The notes below the pieces were generated by a model. It did no database searches. It saw nothing but the letters and a program-made list of their open reading frames with translations, and had not been told where the DNA came from. A stretch of DNA of 63,992 nucleotides, filler included, from Octopus bimaculoides (taxonomy: Eukaryota): the NCBI RefSeq assembly GCF_001194135.2. It is 4 parts of 3 records of this genome, joined end to end, with 100 filler letters (N's around TTAATTAATTAA, not from the genome) between each part and the next. Parts side by side here need not be neighbours in the genome. Positions count along the whole stretch, not along the records: positions 17,686 to 35,881 come from NC_068997.1; positions 35,982 to 58,759 come from NC_068994.1; 2 more parts are not named here. One strand, 5' to 3'. The position numbers were made by a program, and so were the translations under genes. Positions 25,237 through 38,420 of the stretch are shown in pieces (position 1 is the first letter of the stretch; the number at the start of each line of letters is the position of its first letter).

Positions 25237-25846
25237 ACATTTTTTAACTGATGTGTCTGTCACGTACGACACGCGAAAACGGCCCTAAAGTGGAACGGTT
25301 AATAGCGTTTTATTAGAGCGATGGGGAGGCTGATGCACCCGCTTCCTTACCCTTTACACACCAGTATACATTAAGCTGGGGTAGGTAGAGAAGGCAGAAG
25401 ACAGATGAAAGTGTGTCAAAGGAGGATGGGGGCTAAGGGTGGATCCATACCAGACAAACTAGGTCACTATCAACAACATGGCTATACGCTCTGATGTAAT
25501 TATTTCAAGTAACACGCCATAATACGGTCACTGTCACATTCTTATTTCTTTTCATCTTCTTCCTATTTTTCTCCCTTCCTCTCTCACTCTCTCCCCTTTT
25601 CTCCCTCTCTTTTTCTCTCTCTCACTCTTCCCCTCTCTCTGTCTCTCTCTTTCTATTTATATATATANNNNNNNNNNNNNNNNNNNNNNNNNNNNNNNNN
25701 NNNNNNNNNNNNNNNNNNNNNNNNNNNNNNNNNNNNNNNNNNNNNNNNNNNNNNNNNNNNNNNNNNNNNNATATATCGATTTATTCACCACTCTATGTTA
25801 ACATTTCTGTGCCAAACTTATCCCGTGACTGGTCCATTGGATTTAG

Positions 25847-25903
25847 ACGTTTGGCACTTCTTCAGGAGTGGTTACCTTTCGAACAAATTAATGATCTCCT
25901 AAG
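25847..25903 (+). CDS. Candidate 57-nt internal exon (phase 2-2), RLALLQEWLPFEQINDLL; product unknown
   Basis: Consensus donor AAG|GTAAGT at 25903/25904; acceptor TTTAG after ~75 nt without AG; one open frame only. An alternative acceptor lies at 25865/25866. Confidence 0.4.
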
Positions 25904-26014
25904 GTAAGTTCTTATGCTATATTGGTAACGGTTGCTACATCCTCTGGGAAAAAAATTATTATATATATATATATATATGCGTGTGTATATACGTATGTGT
26001 GTGAATGTACATGT

Positions 26015-26056
<42 letters not shown>

Positions 26057-26060
26057 AAAC

Positions 26061-26210
26061 TTGGCTGTGTGATAATATTCTTGCTTGTCAGTTACATGCT
26101 TTCGGGTTCAGTCCCAATGCTTGGCATCTGGGGCAACTGTCTTCTGCTATTGCCCTACGCCGACGAAAGTCTTGTCAACGAACTTGGTAGTCTGAAACTG
26201 GGAGAACCCT
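26061..26210 (+). mobile_element. SINE family B, degenerate 5' half
   Basis: TGGCTGTGTG..GGGTTCAGTCCC..GGGGCAACTGTCTTCTGCTAT. Confidence 0.6.
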
Positions 26211-26304
26211 GTCTGTCGTATGTCCGCCTGGGCCCAACAAGCTAGGTTCCTGCAATGAGCCTACGAAATTTTACGTTGCACGGTGAGGAATCTGATTTTT
26301 AAAA

Positions 26305-26342
<38 letters not shown>

Positions 26343-26343
26343 C

Positions 26344-26394
<51 letters not shown>

Positions 26395-27366
26395 NNNNNN
26401 NNNNNNNNNNNNNNNNNNNNNNNNNNNNNNNNNNNNNNNNNNNNNNNNNNNNNNNNNNNNNNNNNNNNNNNNNNNNNNNNNNNNNNNNNNNNNNNNNNNN
26501 NNNNNNNNNNNNNNNNNNNNNNNNNNNNNNNNNNNNNNNNNNNNNNNNNNNNNNNNNNNNNNNNNNNNNNNNNNNNNNNNNNNNNNNNNNNNNNNNNNNN
26601 NNNNNNNNNNNNNNNNNNNNNNNNNNNNNNNNNNNNNNNNNNNNNNNNNNNNNNNNNNNNNNNNNNNNNNNNNNNNNNNNNNNNNNNNNNNNNNNNNNNN
26701 NNNNNNNNNNNNNNNNNNNNNNNNNNNNNNNNNNNNNNNNNNNNNNNNNNNNNNNNNNNNNNNNNNNNNNNNNNNNNNNNNNNNNNNNNNNNNNNNNNNN
26801 NNNNNNNNNNNNNNNNNNNNNNNNNNNNNNNNNNNNNNNNNNNNNNNNNNNNNNNNNNNNNNNNNNNNNNNNNNNNNNNNNNNNNNNNNNNNNNNNNNNN
26901 NNNNNNNNNNNNNNNNNNNNNNNNNNNNNNNNNNNNNNNNNNNNNNNNNNNNNNNNNNNNNNNNNNNNNNNNNNNNNNNNNNNNNNNNNNNNNNNNNNNN
27001 NNNNNNNNNNNNNNNNNNNNNNNNNNNNNNNNNNNNNNNNNNNNNNNNNNNNNNNNNNNNNNNNNNNNNNNNNNNNNNNNNNNNNNNNNNNNNNNNNNNN
27101 NNNNNNNNNNNNNNNNNNNNNNNNNNNNNNNNNNNNNNNNNNNNNNNNNNNNNNNNNNNNNNNNNNNNNNNNNNNNNNNNNNNNNNNNNNNNNNNNNNNN
27201 NNNGTATACTCAAGAGAACGAGAGACCAACAGAGGAAATTCTAAATAAACCAACAGAAGGCAAAAGGACTCCATTGCTGGAACTTTCTCAGGGAAAATCA
27301 GGAATCTTAAGATTTTCGCATCGAGACCCATGATTGCTGACGTTCGTAGATATGAAGCAAAAACTT

Positions 27367-27423
<57 letters not shown>

Positions 27424-27965
27424 AGACAGAGAATGTTGGGAGAAAGAGGGAGAGAGAGAGAGAATTATTGGTGTGTCAAAGTCATTGTCGACACGCATAA
27501 ATCCGGATAAGCTCGAGTAATTGAATAATATCAAAAGGAAAATGATTTACTTACAAATACTCTCGTATGAATAAGTGTAAATTATTCAGTTTTTCAAGTG
27601 CTCAACTTCTGAGGGAATCTCAAATATATTGTGTCGTTCGCCAGTTTATTTAAATGTGTAACAGCACATTTATTTAGATAGTTTTATTGTTTAGTATACA
27701 TTGTGATTGTATTGGACATTTTGAGGTGATTCATTTGGACGTAGAAATGATGGTGACACTGAATGCAGGATGAGATATGATTGTGGTGGTTGCTGATTGC
27801 CAAAAGAGAGAGACACCCAACGGTTGGTTGCGTCAGTTACGGGAAGGATGATGACGACGATTATGATGATGGTGGTGGTGGTGGTGGTGGTGACGATGAG
27901 GAGGAGGAAGAAGATTATGCTTAAGACGATGGCGATGTCGATAATAATGATGGTAATATATTTTT

Positions 27966-28014
<49 letters not shown>

Positions 28015-28253
28015 NNNNNNNNNNNNNNNNNNNNNNNNNNNNNNNNNNNNNNNNNNNNNNNNNNNNNNNNNNNNNNNNNNNNNNNNNNNNNNNNNNNNNN
28101 NNNNNNNNNNNNNNNNNNNNNNNNNNNNNNNNNNNNNNNNNNNNNNNNNNNNNNNNNNNNNNNNNNNNNNNNNNNNNNNNNNNNNNNNNNNNNNNNNNNN
28201 NNNNNNNNNNNNNNNNNNNNNNNNNNNNNNNNNNNNNNNNNNNNNNNNNNNNN

Positions 28254-28293
<40 letters not shown>

Positions 28294-29486
28294 TCCTGTA
28301 TTTCTCTCCCATTCTACCTTTGTATATCGAACTATTTCACAAACTCTTTTCTCTCTCACTCTCCCTATCTCCACGCTCTCTCTCTCTTTCACCCTCTACC
28401 TCTCTCTCTCTCTCTCTCTACCCCCTCTCATCCACCCTCACTCTCCATCTCCATCTCCTTTTACTATTACACTCTCTCCACCCGTAAGCCACCCACCCAC
28501 CCACTCTTATCGTCTCTTGTACCCTATTTTCCTTTCCTTCAAGTCATTTAAACTTCGATGTTATCAACAAACTCACACGTCAAGGGATTTTTTTACCTTT
28601 TTTTTTTTCATTTTTGGTTTATATTTTCATTTATTTTTTCTTTTAGCCTCGCTAATCTGACGTTGTTACTGCTGCAGATGCTGCTGTTGCTATTGCAACT
28701 GCTGTTGTTGCTGCTGCTGTTATAGATTTCTGGATGCAGTTATTGTTGTTGCTATTGTAGGTGTTGTTGTCTTTGCTATTGTAATTGTTGTTGTTGCTGT
28801 ACGTATTATTGGTTTTGTTGCTGTTGTTTTTGCTGTTTTTGTTTCAGTTTCTTTCGTTGATGCTGCTGCTGCTTCTACCGCTGCTCTTTTGGTGCAATTC
28901 TATTTTTTATTGTTGTTGTTGTTGTTGCTGCTGCTGCTGCTACTGCTGCTGTTGTTATTGTTCTGCTTCTTGTTCTTGCGGTTCTTTCTATTCTTTTTAT
29001 TGCTGCTGCTACTGTTGTCATTGTTACTGTTGTTGTTGTTGTTGTTGCTGCAGTTGTTGTTGTTGTTGTTGTTGTTGCTGCTGCTACTGCTGCTGCAGTC
29101 GTCGTCGTCATCGTTACCGAGGTAATCGTCACCCCAGGGTATATGAACACACCTCTTGCAACAAGTGCTGATCGCAACAGATTAAAGCCTCAACGCCAGC
29201 TGACCAGCCAGCCTACCGAACTACCAGCCAACCAACCAACCAACCAACCAACCAACCGGACAGCCAGCCAACCACCACCCGACGAACCAGACTACCATCT
29301 ATATATATAATGAACTGTATCATATCATAATGATATTTTATTCTCCGATTTGAAGCGACAATTTATAAATACAAACAAATGACTGAAAAATGATTAGCAA
29401 ACTCCAGCCAGAATCGAATCCACAAATCAACGCTAACACGGCTCCTTGCGCATCCGATTGCTTACAAATATTATATATACATATAT

Positions 29487-29730
29487 AAGCATTTCGCCCG
29501 GTGTACTAACGATCGATTCTGCTAGCTCAATAATCTTTCCTACTAAAGGCACAAGACGTGAAATTTTGGAGGAGCAGACTAGTCAATTACATCAACCTCG
29601 GTGTTTCACTGATACTGAAAGGATGGAAGGCAAAGTCGACCTCGGCGGAATTTGAACTCAGAACGTAAAGAACCAAAAGAAAAGCTGTCAAGTATTTTCG
29701 TCTAGCATCCTTACGATTCTGCAGCTCGCA
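29487..29730 (-). mobile_element. SINE family A, degenerate copy plus adjacent head fragment
   Basis: GAAGGCAAAGTCGACCTCGGCGGAATTTGAACTCAGAACGTAAAG matches the family A reverse complement. Confidence 0.7.
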
Positions 29731-30379
29731 AGACACCATGAATACCACAGCTTCGGCTTAAAGATTTGTCATTAAAAAAAATTGTAATTTGTTTTTAAAA
29801 AAACGATGGTTTATGTTGAAAAATACATTTTATCGTTTTAACATATTTTTCTAGAAAAACAAATAATTATATATAACTAATCGATAATCCATTTAAACCA
29901 TCAGTATTTCAGCATTTTGGATAATCGATTGTTGATTCTAGAAACTTCATTCAATCGTCAGGAGAACAGAGAAACTATAAACAACTGTTTGAAGCTATCA
30001 AAATCAACATCCACAGAAAAAAAACCCACTATTTTTGATACAGAAAATGAGAAAACAAGATGGCGGAGATATGTGATCACATCACGTGAGCATTTAGGTT
30101 CTGCCTGCTATCTTTCAATGGCGTGAAGGTATTAGATAATGGAGAAAGCTAGAAATAAGAGACTAATTTTATTTATGAAAGCAGTTATATTGTGATAATT
30201 AGATGGAAATTAGTACCCAAAATTTTTGTAAGGCATGGCACATATATATATATATACATATACATACATACATGCATAAATACATATATATANNNNNNNN
30301 NNNNNNNNNNNNNNNNNNNNNNNNNNNNNNNNNNNNNNNNNNNNNNNNNNNNNNNNNNNNNNNNNNNNNNNNNNNNNNN

Positions 30380-30420
<41 letters not shown>

Positions 30421-30974
30421 TTATGTATGTATGTATATGTGCAAACAACATCGTTTGCATGAGTGCGTGTTGTGTATATATATATGTGTGTGCATATATG
30501 TGTAAATAGACATTGCACGCCAACGTCCCGCAAATTTATAATTAAACACCCACACCGATGTACACATGTCCTTCATAGTAAGAAATATGTTGAAATAGAT
30601 CCAGAAATGACCGCCGTAGCTGACTTCATTTGGTCCCCATGGTCGAGCTGCCATGATATTATCTCCCCGACAAAAGATAGTGGGATGCCTTCATCCAGAC
30701 ACCGGAAGTTAACATTTCAACTTTACAAGTGAAACGATGGTAAACATTGTTGCAATTTCCGGTTCGTGATTTTCGTCTGTATTGTACTTACACACACACA
30801 CATACACACACACACAAACACAAAACTCACACACGCCCACAAACACACCCACACTCACACCCCACAAACACACACAAAAACACACTCACACACTCACACA
30901 CACAAACTTATATATGCACACGAAAATATATAAGCACATACGCATATACACATACATATATGTGTTTGTGTGTG

Positions 30975-31011
<37 letters not shown>

Positions 31012-31134
31012 CACACGTACACATATATGTGTGCGTATGTGCGTATATATATATANNNNNNNNNNNNNNNNNNNNNNNNNNNNNNNNNNNNNNNNNNNNN
31101 NNNNNNNNNNNNNNNNNNNNNTGTGTGTGTGTGT

Positions 31135-31165
<31 letters not shown>

Positions 31166-31315
31166 AGGTATAAAGAGTAAGTAGGAACGGAATATATGTA
31201 TATATGTGTGCATGTGTAGAAGTAAGTATATATATAAAGAGAAAGAGAGAGAGAGAGAGAGAGAAACAGAAATAGACGCAAATCATTTCTTGATCTCTTT
31301 CTTTCTCTATCTCTA

Positions 31316-31362
<47 letters not shown>

Positions 31363-31687
31363 CACATACATAAAGAGACACAAATCATCTCGTAACGTTT
31401 ACATTCTAAGTTCGAATACCACCGAAAGCAAGTTTTCCTTTCGACCTCCCGAGATCGATAAAATAAAGCTTTGCCGCTTTGCCAACTTTCTTTCTCCCTC
31501 TCTCTCCCACTCTCTCCTTCCCTCCAACTATTACATTAATTGATGTCCTGCTGGGTTGATGGTGCCACAGCGGAGCCGGTGCCTAAGTCAACTCATGACA
31601 ACAGACTCCTAAAACAAAGGCGGAATTAATCTGTGTGTTACGATCAAGTCATTCTGCCTTCTGACGACTCGGAAGAATCTTGCAAGA

Positions 31688-31756
<69 letters not shown>

Positions 31757-31994
31757 GGGAAAGAGAGGGGGAGGGAGGCAGATACATACACACACACACA
31801 CACGCACACACACATATATCAAAAATTTATCTACGAGAAACGTTTTGAGTATGCAAATAATGCTCCTATTCCATTATGCCGACCACAGTCTAATGATGTT
31901 GACTGGTGAACCAGTTTTTGGGGGTTGCATCGAACTGTACCGATATAATGCAGGACAAATATAATAATAATAACAATAATCCTTAGACAGATAA

Positions 31995-32210
31995 AAGGCG
32001 GCGAGCTGGCAGAAACGTTAGCACTCCGGGCGAAAGGCTTAGCGGTATTTCGTCTGTCTTTACGTTCTGAGTTCAAATTCCACTGAGGTCGACTTTGACT
32101 TTTCCTTTGCCTTCGATAAATTAAGTATCAGTTGCGTACTGGGATCGATCTAATCGATTAGCCCCTCCACCAAAATTTCGGTCCTTGTGCCTAGAGTATA
32201 AAAGAGTAAT
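31995..32210 (+). mobile_element. SINE family A, full length
   Basis: AAGGCGGCGAGCTGGCAGAAACGTTAGC head through CCTTGTGCCTAGAGTA tail. Confidence 0.9.
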
Positions 32211-33132
32211 TCTTGGATGGTATTTATAAACATTTAATGCATCGCTACGCGGGTTTCCACAAATCGTATGCCTCTTATGATCACAGTACGCATTCCGTCG
32301 TATATATATACATATACACACACACAGGCATTGAATTCTAATTATATATATATTTTTTTACATACACTTACACAGCCAGGCAGACAAATAGACAAATAGA
32401 CAAGTAGACAAGTAAGGACACAGACAGATGGACAGACGGGCTGACAGGCAGGCAGACAGAGAAGCAAACAGACAGGAAGACCGATAGACAGACACGCAGA
32501 CAGGCTGATGGGCAAACCCCCTAGATACACAGATAGACAGAGTGACAGACAGGCGGGCAGACAAACAGACTGACGGATAATCTTTTACAAGACATTATAA
32601 ACAGGAAACGTAACGGCACGTGCAGTTGTTTAATATATATATTCTCTCGTGGGCCGCAGGTCATCTGAGGAGCACTTCGTGATCGGAGGTGTCTATGTAT
32701 CTATTTATATCAATAATAGCTTGGCAGAAGTTGGTGATGGCGATGGTGATGGCGGAGGTGGGCGAACGATGGAAGAAATCTCTGACTGAACCATCCAAGT
32801 TTTTTTTTATTTTTATTATTATCATCTTGATAAGATTCAAGATACGGGAAGATATTATCGATGGAAACTGCAGCGACAGACCTGATGGGGGTGAGGGTGG
32901 TGAGGGAGGGCGATCATGGTTGTGACAAGGGTAGTAGTAGTAGTAGTAGTAGTTGTTGTTGTTGTCGTTGCCGTTGTTGTTGTTGTTGTTGTTGTAGTAA
33001 GTAATTTTTTCGGCACATCTCGTACGTCACAGTTTCGGGATATTTCACAGTCGCGTGTAGCGACCAAAGCCTTGGGAGTGGATTTGGGAAGCAGGCGGAA
33101 ACTGGAAGAAGCCTGTCGCGTATGTATGCCTG

Positions 33133-33177
<45 letters not shown>

Positions 33178-34521
33178 NNNNNNNNNNNNNNNNNNNNNNN
33201 NNNNNNNNNNNNNNNNNNNNNNNNNNNNNNNNNNNNNNNNNNNNNNNNNNNNNNNNNNNNNNNNNNNNNNNNNNNNNNNNNNNNNNNNNNNNNNNNNNNN
33301 NNNNNNNNNNNNNNNNNNNNNNNNNNNNNNNNNNNNNNNNNNNNNNNNNNNNNNNNNNNNNNNNNNNNNNNNNNNNNNNNNNNNNNNNNNNNNNNNNNNN
33401 NNNNNNNNNNNNNNNNNNNNNNNNNNNNNNNNNNNNNNNNNNNNNNNNNNNNNNNNNNNNNNNNNNNNNNNNNNNNNNNNNNNNNNNNNNNNNNNNNNNN
33501 NNNNNNNNNNNNNNNNNNNNNNNNNNNNNNNNNNNNNNNNNNNNNNNNNNNNNNNNNNNNNNNNNNNNNNNNNNNNNNNNNNNNNNNNNNNNNNNNNNNN
33601 NNNNNNNNNNNNNNNNNNNNNNNNNNNNNNNNNNNNNNNNNNNNNNNNNNNNNNNNNNNNNNNNNNNNNNNNNNNNNNNNNNNNNNNNNNNNNNNNNNNN
33701 NNNNNNNNNNNNNNNNNNNNNNNNNNNNNNNNNNNNNNNNNNNNNNNNNNNNNNNNNNNNNNNNNNNNNNNNNNNNNNNNNNNNNNNNNNNNNNNNNNNN
33801 NNNNNNNNNNNNNNNNNNNNNNNNNNNNNNNNNNNNNNNNNNNNNNNNNNNNNNNNNNNNNNNNNNNNNNNNNNNNNNNNNNNNNNNNNNNNNNNNNNNN
33901 NNNNNNNNNNNNNNNNNNNNNNNNNNNNNNNNNNNNNNNNNNNNNNNNNNNNNNNNNNNNNNNNNNNNNNNNNNNNNNNNNNNNNNNNNNNNNNNNNNNN
34001 NNNNNNNNNNNNNNNNNNNNNNNNNNNNNNNNNNNNNNNNNNNNNNNNNNNNNNNNNNNNNNNNNNNNNNNNNNNNNNNNNNNNNNNNNNNNNNNNNNNN
34101 NNNNNNNNNNNNNNNNNNNNNNNNNNNNNNNNTGTGTGTGTGTGTGTGTTTATGGGAAGGGACGGTTTTGTCTGTTATTCTTAAATAACTTTTCCCCTTC
34201 GGAGAATCGTCGAAATAACTTTAGACGGAATGTCTTTTTTTATCAAAAGACATAACTGGATATTCTCCTGATATTGTTTCCTCCTAGAATATTTATGACC
34301 CTCGGGGAAGGAGATGGTTTAAATGTCCGCCAAATATAAAGGAGGTCTTTGTTTAAGATTCTGTAACCAAAGAACTTATCCCTCATTATGGCTAACTCGA
34401 TACCCAAAAGCAAAAGTCTTTTAGTCAACTTAAACTGAAGTTTACGGTAATTTGAAGGTCGAATTCTAGAAAGTATCTATAAAGTCCCTTGTTGCAGAGT
34501 TGCTGGTTTTGTAGCTAGTTA

Positions 34522-34557
34522 TCACGTGACAGTCATCACATGACATCCATCATGTGA
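34522..34557. promoter_or_regulatory. Three TCA(C/T)(G/A)TGA E/M-boxes at 14-bp period
   Basis: TCACGTGA at 34522, TCACATGA at 34536, TCATGTGA at 34550. Confidence 0.3.
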
Positions 34558-34688
34558 TAGGATTATAGTTAGGACGTCTTCTATTTAAGGGCTTAAAGGG
34601 AACCTGATAATTCTGTTCCAGACATTGTCAAGATTAAAGAAACGTAATACTCGCGTGTGTTTGTGTGTGTGTGTGTGTGTGTAGGTGT

Positions 34689-34719
<31 letters not shown>

Positions 34720-34794
34720 CGCGCGACTCTGCGCATACACGCGCATGCGCATAAATCCACTCCATCTCTTATTTATTGAAGCCTGGTACTTCAG

Positions 34795-35322
34795 TAGTTT
34801 TCTGATTGCAGCCCTCCCGTGAAATTCGGTTTCGTGCAACTACCGGCGAACAGTTTTTGTGGAAACTGGGTTCTCGAGGTGGTCATTAAGTTCTGCAATA
34901 ATTTTGGGAGCTGTACTTTTGTGATCCTTTCTAACAATTCGCGTAAGAGTCCAACGGTCCCTATCTGAAAGTTTTGGTTTTCTTCCGGACTTTTGTTTCG
35001 ACGAGGAAGTTTTTCCCTCTTTTTCAAAGGCTGTCATTATTTTCGAAACAGTACTTCTTGATACACCTAACATTTTGGCTGTTTTCGTTACGCTAGCGCC
35101 TGCCATACGAGCACCAACAATTAAAAGTTCGATAGTTCTGTCATTTTAATTACCTTTTTCTGATGATATCTGAAAAGAAACAGCAATTTTAGCAAAACAT
35201 ATTAAGCAACACTAATAATAAATCAAAATCATAAAAATAAACAAACCTTTGACGGTTTCATAGATTTTTCAAAATTATGATGCCAGGATGCTAGGTGTTT
35301 CCATTATTTTGTCCACCCACTG
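34795..35322 (-). mobile_element. Tc1-family transposon left end with transposase N-terminal (HTH) fragment
   Basis: TA|CAGTGGGTGGACAAAATAATGGAAACACC TIR. MAGASVTKTAKMLGVSRSTVSKIMTAFEKEGKT..SGRKPKLSDRDR..PVSTKTVRR*LH..FHGRAAIRK; no DDE domain. Confidence 0.9.
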
Positions 35323-35665
35323 TATATACGCACATATATACATATGTATGTATGTACAGAATAAGGAGAAAGAAGACGAGAGAGAGAGAGAGAGAGAGAG
35401 AGAATTATGTGCATTTGAAAGCTGTAGGGCATGTTGTCTATGTGAGTCTGGTTCTATGAACGAGTGTCGTTTCTTAAGTTGTGCATGCATGAGTGCTCTC
35501 TTTAAGAATACGGGTATGAATGTCTGTGCGCGTGTGCGTGTGTGTGTGTGCATGTGAAAGTGTGCGCGCGTGTTTAACCAGAGACATGGACAATACATTA
35601 TAAATCCGTGTGTGGCCTACTATACAAAGGGGTGGGCGTATACATACATACTTACAAATACATAG

Positions 35666-35698
<33 letters not shown>

Positions 35699-35833
35699 TG
35701 TGTAGGGTTAGCAGGAAGTGAACAGCACATTAGACTAACAGTCTGTCATTGATTCTAAATATGTTACTTGACACAGCCAAACATCTGTTGAATGATGTTT
35801 AAGGCCAGATTCATTTTATACATATATATATGC

Positions 35834-35881
<48 letters not shown>

Positions 35882-36482
35882 NNNNNNNNNNNNNNNNNNN
35901 NNNNNNNNNNNNNNNNNNNNNNNNNTTAATTAATTAANNNNNNNNNNNNNNNNNNNNNNNNNNNNNNNNNNNNNNNNNNNNTATATATATATATATATAT
36001 ATATATGATATATATATATAAGTATATATATGTATGTATGTATGTATGTTTATCCAGACAGACTGACAGACAGCCCTACATGTGTGCCAACAAGTCAAGG
36101 CGTAAAAGGAATTAAAAAAATAAACAAGTCAAAGATTGAATACACAGCGATTATGTCCCTTACTTTTTAACTCAACCGGCTGTTCACATATTGGCATCCT
36201 TGTACTCTTATTTCTGTTTCTCAGCTCGTATTATCAGAAACTCCTTCCTCTCGTCTCACCTTTAATCTCACCATCCTCCATTCTACTTCAACTTTCTCCA
36301 TCTTGGTCGCCACCCAGACTCAGTAACTCAGCGATCTAATCTGTTTTCTTTTACAATTATTGACGTGACAGTTTCTCTTACTTCATCGCCCTGTCTCTTT
36401 ATGCTTCAAATGCCTCGATCTTTTTTGTTTTAGCTCCAATAGAGAAAATATAAGCTCCAAAAGAAGAGTTCTCTGTACACAA

Positions 36483-36704
36483 ACGATTTAGCATTTAAAC
36501 CGGCTATATTTGGCCTAAATATTCTACCTGATTTATGTTCAAACCGGACCGATCCAGTCTCTCAAACCTACCCTACAATGTCAGTTTAAAAATAGATATT
36601 CACGTCAATGAGATCTCAAAGATACGAGATAATGTCTGACTGATTGAAACCAATGAATAAATAAGCATTGCATTTGACAGAGGAATTTCAATGCTAAGGA
36701 TTAA
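36483..36704. mobile_element. Degenerate piggyBac-like MITE
   Basis: Left TTTAGCATT and right AATGCTAAGGA-TTAA inverted ends; left TTAA eroded. Recalled as a common octopus repeat, not verified. Confidence 0.45.
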
Positions 36705-36733
36705 GTCTATTCTCGCTCTCTCTCTTTCTCTCC

Positions 36734-36770
<37 letters not shown>

Positions 36771-37392
36771 CTCTTCCATTTTTGGAATAGGAATTTGAAC
36801 AATTTCTTTCTCTCTTTTCTTGTCATTTGCATTATCTAAGTTTCAAACCTTCTCACACCTTTAGGTGACGTCTATAAACACACTTGAGTGGCGTAATGCC
36901 CTTGTTGGAAATCACTGTCTTAGAGTAATGAACCACTTCCAATTCACTAATTAGATGCCCGCATATCTACACACATGCATATATATATATNNNNNNNNNN
37001 NNNNNNNNNNNNNNNNNNNNNNNNNNNNNNNNNNNNNNNNNNNNNNNNNNNNNNNNNNNNNNNNNNNNNNNNNNNNNNNNNNNNNNNNNNNNNNNNNNNN
37101 NNNNNNNNNNNNNNNNNNNNNNNNNNNNNNNNNNNNNNNNNNNNNNNNNNNNNNNNNNNNNNNNNNNNNNNNNNNNNNNNNNNNNNNNNNNNNNNNNNNN
37201 NNNNNNNNNNNNNNNNNNNNNNNNNNNNNNNNNNNNNNNNNNNNNNNNNNNNNNNNNNNNNNNNNNNNNNNNNNNNNNNNNNNNNNNNNNNNNNNNNNNN
37301 NNNNNNNNNNNNNNNNATATATATACGCACACGCATATATGCATACATACATTCATACATACATACATATACGCACATGAGCTTATTAAGTA

Positions 37393-37700
37393 TGGGATAA
37401 TGTGCTAGGATCAGAAAACAATTGGATCAGAACAAGACCAAAAGACGTCAAATTCACGAAATCGTTGAAATGGAATGAGCTGGACATATATAGAGGACGA
37501 CTGGCAACGGATGAACGGAAACAACTGGCAAACTGAATTCCGAGAGGTCGGCAGAGAAACAAAAAGGGACAAGGAACATGACATGATGGAAAGTAGATGT
37601 GGATTGATTTGATAAAAACTGGATATCGGAAATTCGAAACCAAAAGCTATGGAGAGATATGGATATGAACTTTCTCCACCTTGGAAGAATAATGGGTGAC
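37393..37700 (+). pseudogene. RTE-clade LINE ORF 3' end fragment
   Basis: NNWIRTR..KSLKWN(W)AGHI..QLAN*IPRGRQRNKKG..*HD, resembling the RTE C-terminal KWxWAGH and WxPRxxKRxxGRP motifs; frameshifted. Confidence 0.7.
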
Positions 37701-37834
37701 CTTAATTAAAGCATACATACATTCGTATCACTGAAGTCATTGCAAATACGAAGCACAATTAACTAGATAAAATGCATTATTTATCATTTAATAAATAATA
37801 ATATATACACGCATATATTAACAACAATTCCACC

Positions 37835-38420
37835 ACACCATTTGTTGTCAGCATGGGTGCAAGTGATTCGACAGAGATCAGTGACCTGGTTGGATTATAC
37901 CTCTTATTAAAAGATATTGGTGTAGTTTACATTTCTTCAGGAATTGGGTCTGCCAGTATGTTCTTTCATGTTTCTCAACGTGATCGCAGAATTTTTTTAA
38001 GGATGAGATACGTGGCCTGGTCGAAAATACCTCCCCGTATGTTAATGGGGGACTATACCGTGACGATGGCCTCTTTGCTATCAATAACTGCAAGTGAACT
38101 GTCAGTTCACTGACAGATTCCGTAAGAACCTTCACAGTTTTTTCAAGAACCTAGGTCTCCAAATTTCTATGGAACAGCAACCAATTTCCCGGATGTAACA
38201 TTTGATCTAATTCTGTCTACTAGTCTCACTATAAACCAAATGAATCATATTCACTCATATCACTCTAATAACATAATCAACCTCCCTATATATATATATA
38301 TATAATTTATATGTGGATAGTTAAACTTATAATGTACGTTTCTATTCAATATTGAGCTAACTAAACGACTTGTCAGTGGCTGAAAGAAATTCAGAGATTG
38401 TGAAAGTACTATAGCAGCTA
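37835..38420 (+). pseudogene. Penelope-like element reverse transcriptase remnant
   Basis: FVVSMGASDSTEISDLVGLYLL; GLYRDDGL (YRDDGL at 38056-38073); RFRKNLHSFFKNLGLQI; TNFPDVTFDL; YKPNES. Several frameshifts. Confidence 0.8.

Noticed and set aside
25351-25375. 25-nt minus-strand micro-exon with good acceptor and donor
   Set aside because: Frame-shifting length, no partner exons on the minus strand; plausible by chance.
27205-27331. Open frame YTQENERPTEEILNKPTEGKRTP..*
   Set aside because: No donor before the stop and its start is lost in a gap. Weak resemblance to an RTE C-terminus, too short to call.
29940-30040. EQRNYKQLFEAIK, faintly MULE-transposase-like
   Set aside because: Match too short, with no TIR or further motifs.
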